A stretch of DNA of 64,000 bases from the human T2T-CHM13v2.0 reference genome, Homo sapiens, in the NCBI RefSeq assembly GCF_009914755.1, contig NC_060935.1; one strand, 5' to 3'. The translations under genes were made by a program, and so were the position numbers. This document shows, piece after piece, positions 1-15,991 of the stretch (positions within the stretch are counted from its first letter, which is position 1; every line of letters begins with the position of its first letter). A model generated the notes under the pieces. That model saw only the letters and a list, made by a program, of their open reading frames with translations. It was not told the origin of the DNA and did not search any database.

Positions 1-262
1 TAGAACCTGCAGTAGAATATTGAGTAGAATTGGCAAAAGTGGACATCTTTGTGTTGTTACTGATAGGAGGAAAGCACATTTTGTCTTTTGCCATCAAGTA
101 CAATGTTAACTGGGGGAGTTTTGTAGATATTCTTTATCAGGTTGAGGAAGTTCCCTTTTATTCCTAGTTTGTTTAGTTTTAGTTTTAGCTTTTTTTTTTT
201 TTTTCATGAAAGGATGTTAGACTTTGTCAAGTAGTTTTTCCACATCTATTGAGATGATCAAG
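1..262 (-). mobile_element. Old L1M ORF2 (RT region) fragment
   Basis: Resembles antisense L1 ORF2 (ctttatcaggttgaggaagttccct...catctattgagatgatca). Confidence 0.7.
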
Positions 263-395
263 TAGTAGGGTTTAAGTCTTTTTAAAATCCCTTCAGTGAT
301 ATTTTAGCAGAGGTTTTGGAGGGAAAAAAAGAAAACACATTTAAGCTGATACATTTAACTGCAAGATACAAAGAGATTTTAAAAAAGATATTAGG

Positions 396-676
<281 letters not shown>

Positions 677-904
677 CTAATGTAGTTTGTTTGAAGTTGG
701 TCATAGCTAGACCAACTAGCTATGACCAATTACTAGACCATAGCTAGACCATAGTTTAAGAAATTTGGAAATTTAGAAAAGATAACTGCTTGATCATGCT
801 AAAACACCTAATTCATTATTTTTAAATGTATAATTAAAATAATAAATAACAACCTATTATCCCTCAAAGAAAAAGGAAAAGTATAGGTTTTTATTCGATG
901 ACTC

Positions 905-1500
<596 letters not shown>

Positions 1501-1601
1501 TAGAACTGTAATTCTCAAACTTTTTGGTTTCAGGATCTCTTTACACTTTTAAAAATAATTGAGGATTTCATTGAGCTTTAGGTAGGATATATCTATCAAA
1601 T

Positions 1602-1980
1602 TGTTACTGAAACTCTAGGGGTTTGGTATAGGTCCCATTGCTTGCCCCTCAGAAAGCTGATCACTGAGACTACGAGTATTGCCAGGGAACAAGGCTTTAA
1701 TCGGGTGCTGAAGCTGAGGACATGGGAGATCAGTCCCAAATTCATCTCCCGGGACTGACTAAAATTGGGGGTTTCTATAGCAGGGAAGAAACGTAACCAT
1801 GTGTGGGAAAACAGGAATTAGGGAGGGCTAAGGAAAAGGAATTGGTTAGTAGGAAGCAGATGGTTGGACAGGTAATCATGACAGGTGAGTGCACAAATTT
1901 TAAGACTGGGGGGGTCGATTTCTATGTTTATTCAAAGAAACCATAAACATCAGTTCTATGGGACAAGTGGACTACTTTCA
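1602..1980 (-). mobile_element. ERV1-class solo LTR (subfamily not assigned)
   Basis: TG...CA termini with 4-bp TSD AAAT (1598-1601, 1981-1984); Charlie1 resumes on the far side. Confidence 0.75.
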
Positions 1981-2085
1981 AAATACTTTCAAAATGTTAC
2001 TATATTTGAATTTAAAACAGAAAATTTAAACATTAATTCATTTAAAATAACAATAATCAGCCTATAGCATATTAACACAAACAGC

Positions 2086-2389
2086 TTTTTTTTTTTTATT
2101 TTTTTTTGGAGACAGAGTCTGGCTCTGTCGCTCGGGCTGGAATGCAGTGGTGCAATCTCGGGTAACTCTACCTCCTCCTCCCGGGTTCAAGCGATTCTTC
2201 TTCCTCAGCCTCCTGAGTAGCTGGGATTACAGGCATGCACCACCACGCCCAGCTAATTTTTGTATTTTTAGTAGAGATGGGGTTTTGCCATGTTGGTCAG
2301 GCTGGTCTTGAACTCCTGACCTAAAGTGATCTGCCCGCCTGGGCCTCCCAAAGTGTTAGGATTACAGGCATGAGCCACCGTGCCTGGCC
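2086..2389 (-). mobile_element. AluS
   Basis: Full antisense Alu with poly(T). Confidence 0.95.
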
Positions 2390-2878
2390 TAAAGAGCATT
2401 TTTATTAAAAATATTTTCTAAAAACCAAAATAATTAGTGACAATAGTAGCATTGTTTTACACTTTTGCATATCTTTTTAATCTCTAGCTTAGTAATAGAA
2501 GACAGATGAATTCTCATATTTGCTTTTGCATTCAGACTGTTACAAAATGTTGCTTTAGTTGAAGAATATGAAGGAAGTCTATCCTTACACAGATACGTAG
2601 TTCAAAAAACAGGAATATTTTAAATTGCCTTTTCAGGTATTTATTTCACCAAAACTAGAGAAATAGTAGTTTCTTACAGGTTAGTTGCATTGTGAAATCT
2701 AAAACTACATCAGTGAACTTTTCAGAGTCTTTTATATTAAAGTTCACAGGTCTATGTGCACTACGAAAGGACATTTTACCCTCGTATGATTTATGCAGAA
2801 AATGGTGCTTCACTTAAGTATAGCAGGTCTTCCAAATGTGTATTTCATGATACAGTATCAAAAGATCACGTTCATTAA

Positions 2879-3205
<327 letters not shown>

Positions 3206-3691
3206 CAGAAAAGTCTTTAAGAATCGAGAAGCTCTCAGGCTCATGGATGAAGTATGTTTTCCTCCTTTTTTTCCCATACTGCACAGATGTAGAGTTTTCC
3301 AAAATTTTAATTTTTCATGTGAAAGCTTGACTTTTTATCACTGATAACAAATACTATCACTTGTTTTCCTTGAAGTAACAGGCTCATTTTGTTCATTTTT
3401 GAGAAAATTTCTGCCAAATACCCAAGTCTGAACAACCAGGATTTGTGCATTAGTTCTTTCAAGTAAAAATGGTGTTTTATAAAAAAAAAACAGCTAGTTG
3501 AGCTTGCATGTCAAATAATCTTCCAGTGCTTTTCTTTAAGACAACTTTCATGCTTTTGCAGAAATTTTTTATGCATACTTTCTAGTTTGTACATAGAATA
3601 TTAAAAAGGCATGTACTTATGGGGCAAGGGGTAAGATTTAATGAAATTAATATTTACTGTATCTTCAAGAATATTTGTAAGTGAAACTGGC

Positions 3692-3890
3692 TGTATTAGT
3701 CAGCTTGGGCTGTCATAACAAAATATGCAAACTGGGGTGGCTTAAACAACTGTTTTCTCGCAGTTCTGGAGGCTCAGAAGTCCAAGATCAAGGTGCTGGC
3801 CAATTTGGCTCCTGGTGAGGGCTCCCTTCCCTTCCAGATTTTTGCCTTCTCGGGGTGACCTTATATGGCTGGGAGAGACAGACTCTATGG
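3692..3890 (-). mobile_element. MaLR LTR fragment (MLT1A/MST-like)
   Basis: tgtattagtcagcttgggctgtcataacaaaata...cagttctggaggc...aagtccaagatcaagg. Confidence 0.75.
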
Positions 3891-4410
3891 TGTCTTTTGA
3901 AGAGCAAACATTTAAAATTTTGATAAAGTGTAACATCAAATTTTTTCTTTAATAGCTCATATATTTTATGTCATATTTAGGAAATTTTTACCTAACCCAG
4001 GGTCACTAAGATTATCTCCTATATTTTCTTCTGGAAGTTTTATAGTTTTAGCTCTTACATTTAGGTCTATGGCCCATTCTGAGTTAATGAGTTAATTTTT
4101 CTAATGGTGTGAGGAAAGGTTCATTTTTTTGTATATGAGTTGTATATGAATATCGAAGTATTCCAGCACCATTTATTAAAAAGATTATATTTTCTCCAAT
4201 GAATTGCCTTGCCACCTTGTTGAAAATGAATTGGCCATGTATGTGCATATTTCTAGATTCTTATATTCCATCATTGTATATATGTATCTTTATGCTAATA
4301 TCACACTGTCTTAATGACTGTAGCTTTACCATAAATCTTAAAATCAGGTAGAGTAAGTCCTCCAACTTAGTTTTTCTTTTTCAAAGTTGTTTTCGCTATT
4401 TCATGTTTCT
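3891..4410 (-). mobile_element. L1M ORF2 3' fragment
   Basis: ttctggaagttttatagttttagctcttacatttaggtctat...ttccagcaccatttatt. Confidence 0.75.
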
Positions 4411-4411
4411 T

Positions 4412-4570
4412 CATAGCTATGTGATCTTGGGCAGGTTACTTGTCTTCTCTGTGCTTAGTTTCCAGATTTGTAAAATGAAGAATAATATTAGACTCTTAGG
4501 AGGATTAAATGAATAAAACTCTTACAACTGTGCCCGGCACATAGGAAGAACTCCATAAATATTAGCTAAT
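4412..4570 (+). mobile_element. MIR
   Basis: MIR core tgtgatcttgggcaggttactt...gtaaaatgaag...ggattaaatga. Confidence 0.75.
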
Positions 4571-4702
4571 CTTAGTAATTTTGGGTATATTTAATGAGGT
4601 AAATATTGGATTTATCCTTAATCCTGGCAAAAAATAATCTTAAAATAGGAAACTATATTATTATTTATAACTATATTATTATATATTATTATTAACTATA
4701 TT

Positions 4703-5137
4703 ATTATCGAGACAACATTTCAACAAATTTAGTTCAAATATCAAATTAACTTTTATTAATGATTCATGAACAGGGCAGTATCTCCTCTAAAAATTTAGAA
4801 AAGGGGCTCCGGTGAGCTGAGTGGAGGAGATTGGCTTTATAGGTAGGGAAGGGCGGAAGAAAGCAGAAACAAGAAACTGAAGCAGATTGGTTGTTTTGAA
4901 GTTACTTTCCTTGTAGGGTCAGAACAGAGGAGACTTCTTTTCATGCTGGCTGAAACTGGCCCATTTGGAGATTTGGCTGTTATCTCTCTTGACTTCTCAG
5001 AAGGTCAGATAACTGACTTAGTTTTAGTTTGGTGACCTGGAGCTTTAGCCTGAGTGACTCCATTTTGGTTTAGTCTACTGGGGCCTAGCGCAGGAACTCA
5101 GTTGAAATCAAAGGCCTTCTATAAATTTTATTTAACA
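4703..5137 (-). mobile_element. MER31-like ERV1 LTR
   Basis: Minus strand begins tgttaaataaaatttatagaaggcc...aaaatggagtcactca. Confidence 0.7.
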
Positions 5138-5194
5138 CTATTTTAAGATACAAGCAAAAATGTAAACATCCCTCAATACAATTCTAGCAAATGG

Positions 5195-5310
5195 CATAAA
5201 TATATATATATTTAATTAATATATATAATATATAATTATATATAATATTTAATATATTTAAATAATATATTTAATATATTATTAAAATAAATATATATAC
5301 ATATATATGT
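5195..5310. repeat. AT-rich low complexity
   Basis: (TA)n-derived tract. Confidence 0.9.
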
Positions 5311-5484
5311 TTATCCCAGAAATAGACCAGTCTTATCTATAATATTATTTATAAGAAAATGATAACTGGAATTACCCATAGGAGCACATTAGTAGACATT
5401 CAAAGCCTTTTGATAAAATTATCTAATTTTTTTTAGTATCTAATCTTGATCACCCCCCCGAACAATTAAAAATAGAGTGTTTCT

Positions 5485-5814
<330 letters not shown>

Positions 5815-6259
5815 TTACAACCAAGAGAAGCATTAGGGTTATATTTCTTGAAAAATAAGAAAAAGAAACACTGTTCTTAGGCCTCTAGAATCCTCTAGAA
5901 CCACTGTTCGTTTTTATACTATTGGATATTCTTGTCTTACAGAAAGACCAGATCTGAACATTTTTTTTAAAAAGATGAATATAGGTCCCCATGACTCCCA
6001 CGGCAACACTGAGTGGCCTTGTTCTACCTGGCTCACTTTGCTAATACAGTGGGGTTTTTTTTCTTTCTCTTCTGTCCTTATGTGTAAGGCAGAATACAAG
6101 GGCCTGAAGCCCCCGCCCCTCCTGCATTTGACAACAGGGTTGGACATTGTGTATTGAGTTTTTTTGTTTACATTGTTCTGATTAAAGTATGCAAAATAAA
6201 AAGATGCAGTTTTATATAACAGAAGATGGATATAGAAACATTATAAATGGTAAAAGCTT

Positions 6260-7080
<821 letters not shown>

Positions 7081-7196
7081 GTTTGGTAGTAAATTTCTAA
7101 CTTAAAACTAAGCAAATGATACACAATTGAGATCCCGGAAATAGATGCCAAAGAACAAATCTATTTAATCTGTGACAAACTAAGTGTAACAAAGTA

Positions 7197-7298
7197 AGCA
7201 TGGCACATGTATACATATGTAACTAACCTGCACATTGTGCACATGTACCCTAAAACTTTATAATAATAATAAATAAATAAATAAATAAATAAATAAAA
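7197..7298 (+). mobile_element. Ultra-short young L1PA 3' end with (TAA)n(TAAA)n tail
   Basis: agcatggcacatgtatacatatgtaactaacctgcacattgtgcacatgtaccctaaaactt. Confidence 0.85.
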
Positions 7299-7689
7299 TT
7301 CATTAATTGAGATAACTAGATTTCAATATGGCAAAAATAAATTTAGGTTCATGCCTCATACCATATGGTACATTGAATTGTAGTTTGAATTAAAATATTA
7401 ATAAAATATTAATGTATTTTTTATAACTAAAGTATAATTATGGCTGAGATAATTTTACATATAAAAATTGATATAGATCTGTAAGGGCAGATTGATGCAT
7501 AAATAGATGTTGGTTTTTAAAATTTGTGTACAACAAATAACACAGATAAAAGGAAAATGACAGAATAAGGACGATTATGATGAATATGATGAATAAAGCT
7601 TAATATGATATGTACAGAAAATAAATGACACAAATTTATGTTACAGTCCTGTCAAGCAGTCAAAGGAAATGATTTAAGAGTTTGTTCAT

Positions 7690-8500
7690 GTGCAACATTC
7701 TTCATAAAGGTGAAAAATTAGAATCAATCCACATGCCCATCAATAAGGGAACAATTAATAAATTATGGTATTTCTATGATAGATACTACGATGTAGCCAT
7801 TACAAAGAATTAGATTTGTTAATATGGAAAGATGTACATGAAGTATTAAGTGAAAAAATGAGTTGTAGAATAAAGTACATATGTATAGTGTCATTACACT
7901 TTTCTACAAAACAAGTTAATGCAACATTTGTCAACAAGTATATGGTCACATGTAGTGTAAGTTATGGAAGGTATAGATCAAACTGTTAGCAGTGAATACT
8001 CTGGGGAATTGGCATAAGAGGGCGCTTATCCTGTTTTTACTTCACACCCTCCTGTATTGTTCTGTTTCATTGATGTGTGCTTTTACAATTAAAAATTTTA
8101 AACTATATATAAAGGAGAAAGGTAAGTTAACTAAATATTCACATTTACCAATAAATAAACCACTGGAAATAAGATACTTTTGAGTTAGTTAAAACACAGA
8201 ACTTTATATTGGGACATCTGCAAGGAAATTGGTCTCTTCCGTTTCTTGGATGTAATATAATCTGGTGTAATCTTTCTGGAAAGTAATCTGACAATACATA
8301 ACAGGAGCCATAAAAATGAGCATATCTTTTGATCCTAGAGCCTTACTTCTGGGAATATACCCTAAGGAAGTAACTCAAAAGAGAAAAGAAATTTGCTTGT
8401 GCAAATATATTTATAGCCACATTATTTTAAGCAGAAAACTGAAAATAATCCAAAAAGAATTCTGTATTTAAGCAATATTTTAAAATGCAGTAATACATTG
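7690..8500 (+). mobile_element. L1ME-type 3' fragments
   Basis: aataaattatggtatttctat...; tttctggaaagtaatctgacaata...cttctgggaatataccctaagga. Confidence 0.6.
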
Positions 8501-8528
8501 ATCTTCTAATTTTTTTTTTTTAAGTATT

Positions 8529-8822
<294 letters not shown>

Positions 8823-9809
8823 GCTAGGTGACCTAATAAGATTGCCATCAGCTTCATCCTTTTATAATGTCAAAAAAATGAAATTAAAAGTAAAGTTTCT
8901 TTTATCTTTTCCCTATAGTACCATTCAAATTCTTCTGCTCAGTTTAACATTTTTCTTCAACTTGGTCCCTCTAACAAGACTTTTTACTGGGTCATTTTGT
9001 TTTGGAAAGACAAAGTATGAATTTAGAGAAGTAGAAGAGAGTATAGTAATTTTTTCTCCTTATCTATTTATAGTAAACATTATAGAAGCAAAATATTTAC
9101 TTACACTTAATCAGGTTTCCAAATTGTCCTGGAGAGTAGAATATCCTCCTCCATGATCTAGTGAGGAGGTTAAGTTGGAGGTTAAATACCTTGCATAATA
9201 CCCCAAAGAGATAGGACAGGGATTAGAGACCAGGTCTTATATAATGAGACCCCCTTGCTAGGGTTGTTGAGCATTGGTGCCTGTCTGTGGGATGGCAGTG
9301 CAGGGCTGGGATCAATTCTCTGTTTAAGAGCAAGTCTGAAGGTCAGTTCTTTCCTTTTTGAGCTGGGCTATTTGAGCGGTACAGTGTACACTTTCTGAAG
9401 AGATTTCTGGAAGCAATTGCAGAAGTTTCTTATACAGGGTAGAATCTGACCTAAGCTGTCCAAAGAGAAATGGCCCTTAGAGAGAAGTTGTGCTTCCCCT
9501 TTGCTACCTCATATTTTATGTGCTGCCTCTCATTTGTTCCTTTTCCTCTCTAGTTCAAAATGCAGGATCTGAGAAGGAGACGGAGCTGTCATCAGTTCTA
9601 AACCTGAACAGAATGTTTCCTCAGTTAGTAAATGGAAAAATTATTTTAAAAAATCTTCATGTATGTTTGTGAAATACCAAGACATTGATTTGTGGTCTAG
9701 TTTGCAATCATGATAATTATATTAATTAGTACCAATCATGATCATTTTAAACTTTCTGAATTTCTCTATCCTAATTCTGTGATTCAGTGGAAAATATTTA
9801 TACTCAAGA

Positions 9810-9990
9810 GATTAAGGTTCAATTTTCTGCCCTACCACTTAACAACTGTGTGACCTTGGGCAGTTTCTTCACTGGTAATATGGAGATAATAATCCCAGCC
9901 TTATCTGACTCCTAGGTTTGTTGTAAGGTTCAATGAGATAATGTATGTGAAAGTATTCGGTAAACTTTCAAGAGCAATACAAATGTTTTT
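9810..9990 (+). mobile_element. MIR
   Basis: ctgtgtgaccttgggcag...aatgagataatgtatgtgaaagt. Confidence 0.7.
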
Positions 9991-10221
9991 GTTGAAGTTA
10001 TGAAAGTCATTACCCTGTTTAAAACACAGTAAGCACTGAAGATGTCAGTACGTCTCTTAAGATTCTAAAATAGTGTCAAGAAATGTTCTATCCTATCCTA
10101 GCATGCGCTAACCTAGGTCTGTGAATAGGCCAAGGAGCCCTCTCCTTGGTTGATTGGTTGCTTGCCAGATATATTAGTTTGATCTCTTCATTTATACTTT
10201 CTGGAAAATATATGGATGCTT

Positions 10222-10625
10222 TATGTTAGGTTTGTCTGCATACAACAGAGAAACCTAAAATACCGTGGTTTAAACAAGATAGAAGATTATTTCTCTTTCA
10301 TGGAAAACAAGTCTGAAAATAGGCAGTCCACAGCTGGTAGAGTATACTCCAGGGTTTCATCAGGACTCAAGCATATATTTTTCTGTGCCAACATCCTCAC
10401 CATAGAATCCATTCTTTACCTCATGACCCATGAGGACTGAAGGAACTCCTTTTTATCCATTGGGATAAATAAAGGATATCTCAACTGAATCAGTCCCATT
10501 TAAGTACTTTCTAGAAAATCCACACAGTATTTTGCTTACATTTTATAACTGAGTCACATGACTAAAGACTAGCTACAAGAGAAGCTGAGAAATATAATCT
10601 TTATGCCAGTGACCATGAACCCAGG
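10222..10625 (-). mobile_element. Old MLT1 (MaLR) LTR
   Basis: aacagagaaacctaaaataccgtggtttaaacaagatagaagattatttctctttca...agctacaagagaagctgagaaat. Confidence 0.6.
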
Positions 10626-10640
10626 TATGTATACTGGAGG

Positions 10641-10692
10641 GTGTATGTGTGTGTGTGTGTGTGTCTGTGTGTGTCTGTGTGTCTGTGTGTGT
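10641..10692. repeat. (TG)n/(TCTGTG)n microsatellite
   Basis: Seen directly. Confidence 0.95.
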
Positions 10693-10807
10693 TGAAGAGG
10701 GTAATTTATAACCAAAAACATTCATATTTTTATATAATGCTGTGGCAGAGACTTCAAGTTGCAAACTTCAATGGCTTCTTCTTCCTTAGAAACGTACTTG
10801 CAGTTTT

Positions 10808-11104
10808 GGCCAGTCATGGTGGCTCACACCTGTAATCCCAGTGCTTTGGGAAACTGAGGTGGGAAGATTGCTTGAGGCTGGAAGTTTGAGACTACCCTGG
10901 GCAACATAGCAAGACCCTGTCTCTACCAAAAAACAAAAACAAAAAATTAAACTGGGTTTGGTGGTGCACACCTGTAGTCCCAGCTACTCCAGGGGGCTGA
11001 GGCAGGAGGATTCCTTGAGCCCAGCTGTGGAGGTTGCGATGAGCTATGATTGCACCACACTGCACTCCACTGTGGGCAACAGAGCAAGACCTTGTCTCAA
11101 AAAT
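10808..11104 (+). mobile_element. AluJ
   Basis: Diverged dimeric Alu with J diagnostics. Confidence 0.9.
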
Positions 11105-11110
11105 GAAACA

Positions 11111-11803
<693 letters not shown>

Positions 11804-11867
11804 TTAGGGAAGAAACCAAAGAAAATATATTTCCTTATAAAATAAATATTAAAATAAAGAAAAAAAA

Positions 11868-12150
11868 GTCTGGGTGCAGTGGCTCACACCTGTAATCCCA
11901 GCACTTTGGGGAGGCTGAGGCAGGAGGATTGCTTGAGCCCAGGAGTTTGACACCAGCCATAGTGAGACCCTGTCTCTACAAAAAAATTTAAAAGTTAGCC
12001 AGGCATGGTGGTGCACACTTGTAATCCCAGCTGCTCAGGAGGCTGAGATAGGAGGATTGCTTGAACCTGGGAGGTCAAGGCTGCAGTGAGCCATGATCAC
12101 ACCACTGCACTCCAGCCTGGGCGACAGAGCATGACCCTCTCTCAAAAAAA
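11868..12150 (+). mobile_element. AluJ
   Basis: ggaggattgcttgagcccagg, ggtcaaggctgcagtgagccatgat. Confidence 0.9.
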
Positions 12151-13259
12151 TTTTAAAAGTTAGAAAATATATTTCTATAGTGCAATAACAAAGTGATTTG
12201 TGCAGGGAAAACTAAAAATTCTGGAGACATTTTTTAAGCTCAGCAGTATTTGCATAAAGAAATATTTATAATGTGAAAACAAAGTACTTCATTTAATTTT
12301 GAAAGATGTATTAAGCAAAAAAGGAAAGAAAAATGAGAGGAAAAATGCTAGAAATACAGGGGGTACATTGGTTTAATTTGAACCCTCTTATGTATATGTA
12401 TCTTTAGCTCCTTTTACTTTAGCTTTTCTCGTCTCTTTGGAAATGAAAATATTCAGTTGTTGCCATGATTTTGCTTGCTTTGTACAAATGAAATGTTGGC
12501 TTTATGGTTATAGACAGAAATATGGAAAACTTTAGAGCTACTTTGAGCAAGCCCAAGAACTTTGAATCATTGAATCAAGAGGAGAAAAAATGAAGAAAAT
12601 ATTTCAAGTTCTTTATCTGTAAAATGATGGAGATAAACAATATGATCTGAAAGTCTTTCAACTTCTTAAGTTTTTATAATTCAGGAGCAGTGGTAAGAAT
12701 AGTAATGAAGTTTCTAACTACTACTTCCAAGTTAAGTACAATCCAGAGAGGCCAGTGGGACAGAATCTGTGGGACGATGTGGGAGGACTTAAGTGATTTT
12801 AAGTCCTGGTGAAGAGGAATAGTGTGTTCAATGGAAATTGAGGAAGACAAGGACTTTTCAGGTCAGGGGGCTTAATGGGTCATCATTGTGTTTGTTACAG
12901 AGTTTTAGGAGAGTGGTGGAGAAAAAGATGGAGAAAAAGAAAATGGACTATGTGCTCCTAGGAAGAGAGATGTGATTGTTTTCTAACATGTAGGCAATGA
13001 ACCCTCAGAGGAACTATAGATGAGCATTAGGGTGTTCTTGAATGCTCTAAAATTATATGCAACATATTATATTCGTTTTTCTGTGAGAAAGCATTTGTAG
13101 CTTTAATCAGATTCTTATTGTAAGCTAACAAAGCCACTTGCTCTTAAAAATGAATAATAAAGACTTTAAATGATTAAAAACAGAAAAAGTGACACTTCAG
13201 TGGTCCTGCAGTGGGTGAATATAGTCATTGTGATATTTTCAGAGTAAGCTAGGTTTCAG

Positions 13260-13260
<1 letters not shown>

Positions 13261-13295
<35 letters not shown>

Positions 13296-13308
13296 CACAC
13301 ACACACAC
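13261..13308. repeat. Interrupted (CA)n microsatellite
   Basis: Seen directly. Confidence 0.95.
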
Positions 13309-13344
13309 AATGAGAGAAATGTATAGAATCGTGGGGAATTTGCT

Positions 13345-13530
13345 GTACAGTTTTGGGTTTTGGCTTGCTATTATTAGCTGCACCTTGGGCATGTTACAGA
13401 ACCTCCCTAAGCTTCAATTTCCTCTGCTATAAAATAAGGATAAAAGTACCTTAAATGGTGGTTGTGAAAATTAGAGACAATGTAAGTTGAGTACATAGTA
13501 CAGTGCTTGGCACAGAATAGGTATTTGGTA
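13345..13530 (+). mobile_element. MIR
   Basis: accttgggcatgttac...ttcctctgctataaaataagga...cagtgcttggcacagaatagg. Confidence 0.7.
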
Positions 13531-13590
13531 ACCCTTTCCCCACATGAGTTTTTTAAGTTTCTGTATTTACTTTAAGGCCCTTATTGTATG

Positions 13591-13832
13591 CAGTCATCCA
13601 TGAGTATATGCAGGGGGTTAGTTCCAGGGCTCTCTGAGTATACCAAAATCTGTGCATACTCAAGTCCTGCAGTTGGCCCTGTGGAACCCGAATCTACGAG
13701 AAGTTGACCCTCCCTATACGTGTGTTTTGCTTCCTGAGAATACTGAAGTTTCGACCTACATTTGGTTGGAAAAAACCCTCACTTTTAAGTGGACCCAAGC
13801 TATTGAAATCCGTATTGTTCAAGGGTCAATCG
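13591..13832 (+). mobile_element. MER8-like Tigger-family MITE
   Basis: cagtcatccatgagtat...gttcaagggtcaatcg followed by TA; ~240 bp. Confidence 0.8.
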
Positions 13833-14949
13833 TATTTCACTTTGAAGGACTGGTCCTCAGCAAGTTCATCTTCTGAACTACTCAGTGATGCTCACACTCA
13901 AGAAGACCATATCTTATTAAGTGGTTAGTTTAGAAGCTCTTTCCCATGCAGATTTGCAAGCGGAGTGTGTAAAAATCACACATTGCACTTGTTGCCTGGC
14001 AGCACGTGTCCCTGAGTGGTAGTACATGGCTTGCATTGTAATGTTATCAGTGCTGGGGCCAGCTGGCTAGACATGTACTGCTACATGGGCTAGGGACTCC
14101 ATTCCTCAACAAAACAGCAGCCAGCACTAGGGTTAACAGAAAATGACAAACCAGGAATGGATGAGGGAGGCGCCAGCACAGCAGCGGGATGTCTTTTGAT
14201 TTGCTTCTGTTATTTGCATGTCTCTCTTGTGATGTCTGTGAAATGTTTAGAATGACAAAGTTTTTAAAAGACCTGCTGACTCCGCCTGAAAAATGTGAAA
14301 AACCTCCCATTTAGAGACCTATTATGTCCAGCTAGCCTGCATTTTCTATATCTTTTTCTTTATTTTTTATTAATGCAAACATTTGCATGAAGACAGAACC
14401 TTTGTTTCTTAAAGAGTTCATCTGCTCCTGCTGCTTACTGGCCCTGCCATGCAAGAGCACAACAGAACCTTTGTTAGGCTTTCAGCAAAGCTGTTTATGA
14501 ACGGTGGCTTACTGAGGACTGCTTCCTGTGCTGTGTGCTTCCATTTTGTCTAAAAAGAAAAAAAGAAAATAGTTATTAGGAGTAAAAAGAATTTGGACTT
14601 TCTTTTATTCAAGTCCTGGATGTTGAAATGACAAGTAGCCCCCAAATTTGTGAGGAACTGGTAATTGCATCGAATGCATTTTTTCGCTTTACCTTGAACA
14701 TAATGAGGCTCTTAGTAACAATAGAAGGAACAAGTGCCTTCTCATTGGAATAGAGAGAAGGAACAGTAGTAAAAAGGCAACAGAAAGAGTAGTTGAGAAC
14801 AGGACAAAAGTGGCTTCCAGTAAGAACACTAACATTGTAATAGAATGTGTTTTGATATTTAGCGTTTCCCACCTGGGAGGCACAGTCCTAAAGTGGTTGA
14901 GTTGAATAAAGAACAGCATCACAGTTTATAAATAGTGGATACAGTTTGT

Positions 14950-15265
14950 ATGTTCATTAAGTAAATATTTGAATGTCTACCATGTGAAAGACACTGAATG
15001 GTCCTGAGTGTTAAAGGAAATAAAAGATAAATGAGTCATGGTGCCTATCTTTAAGGATCAGGACATCCAACAAAGAAGATAACATACGCATAACAGAAAT
15101 AACTGTGTATCAAGGTAGAAAGTGCCACTGGAAATATTTAAAATAGATGTTTAGGGAGTTTGGGAAAAGGGAAGATCACTTCTGGCTGGGACAGAATCAG
15201 GGAAAGGTTCACAAAGAAGGTGGCATTTGAGTTGGGCCTGGCAGAAAAGGTAGGACTGAACATTG
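14950..15265 (-). mobile_element. L2 3' end
   Basis: ttcattaagtaaatatttgaatgtctaccatgtg...atcagggaaaggttcac...gcatttgagttgggcct. Confidence 0.7.
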
Positions 15266-15991
15266 CAACATTCCTAAAAGTGATGAGTCAAAAATTATGT
15301 TGTTCTAGTAAAACAGATCCAAAGTATGTTTTTATAGGGTACTTTGGTGGTGTTTTTATACCATTAATTTAGATGATATGTTAAGTGTTATGAGTTTTCT
15401 GTGTAGACTAAACTGGGGCCTCTCTGTCTAGTCTATGTTGTTCCAACCATTTGCCCCATACGGTTTTTGTGCACTTTGGCCTAGGCCTTTTTGTATCTAT
15501 AAATATCTACAATAGCATCCTTTACTTTCATAACAAAAATAGAAACTCAAAGGGATTATTGAGCACTATTACAGCTATATCCCATAAACAGTATGTGGAG
15601 ATAGTTCTTAGTGGGGATTTCACATGTGAGACTCTTATTTGAAAAAGAATCCCCACCTTCGTGCAGAGCCACATCAACCACAAGAGAGAGGACAGGGAAT
15701 TCTAAGCCCGTGAGTTTTCAGTTACTTTAAATTAGAACTTTTCTGTATCTTTTTGTCATTAGAAAAAATGAGATCCTGTTACTGTTAGTTCAGTTGTGAA
15801 TGCCAACTAATTTTTATGTAATATTTTTAATGTAAAATGCCAAGCAAATGATTAAGCTGTTGTATTAGTATCTTATTGCATTAATATCACTATTCTGTAT
15901 ATTCATAGTTAAATTGCATATTACCAATTAATATTAATCTGTAAATTTAATGATAATTGATAAATACATGGTTTGCCCCCAAAGGCTATAC

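Noticed and set aside
700-755. Short CTAGACCA repeats
   Set aside because: Irregular local slippage; too short and without unique spacers.
14160-14885. CTCF-like strings GAGGGAGGCGC (~14163) and CCACCTGGGAGGCAC (~14869)
   Set aside because: Each has an extra base in the core relative to the CTCF consensus.
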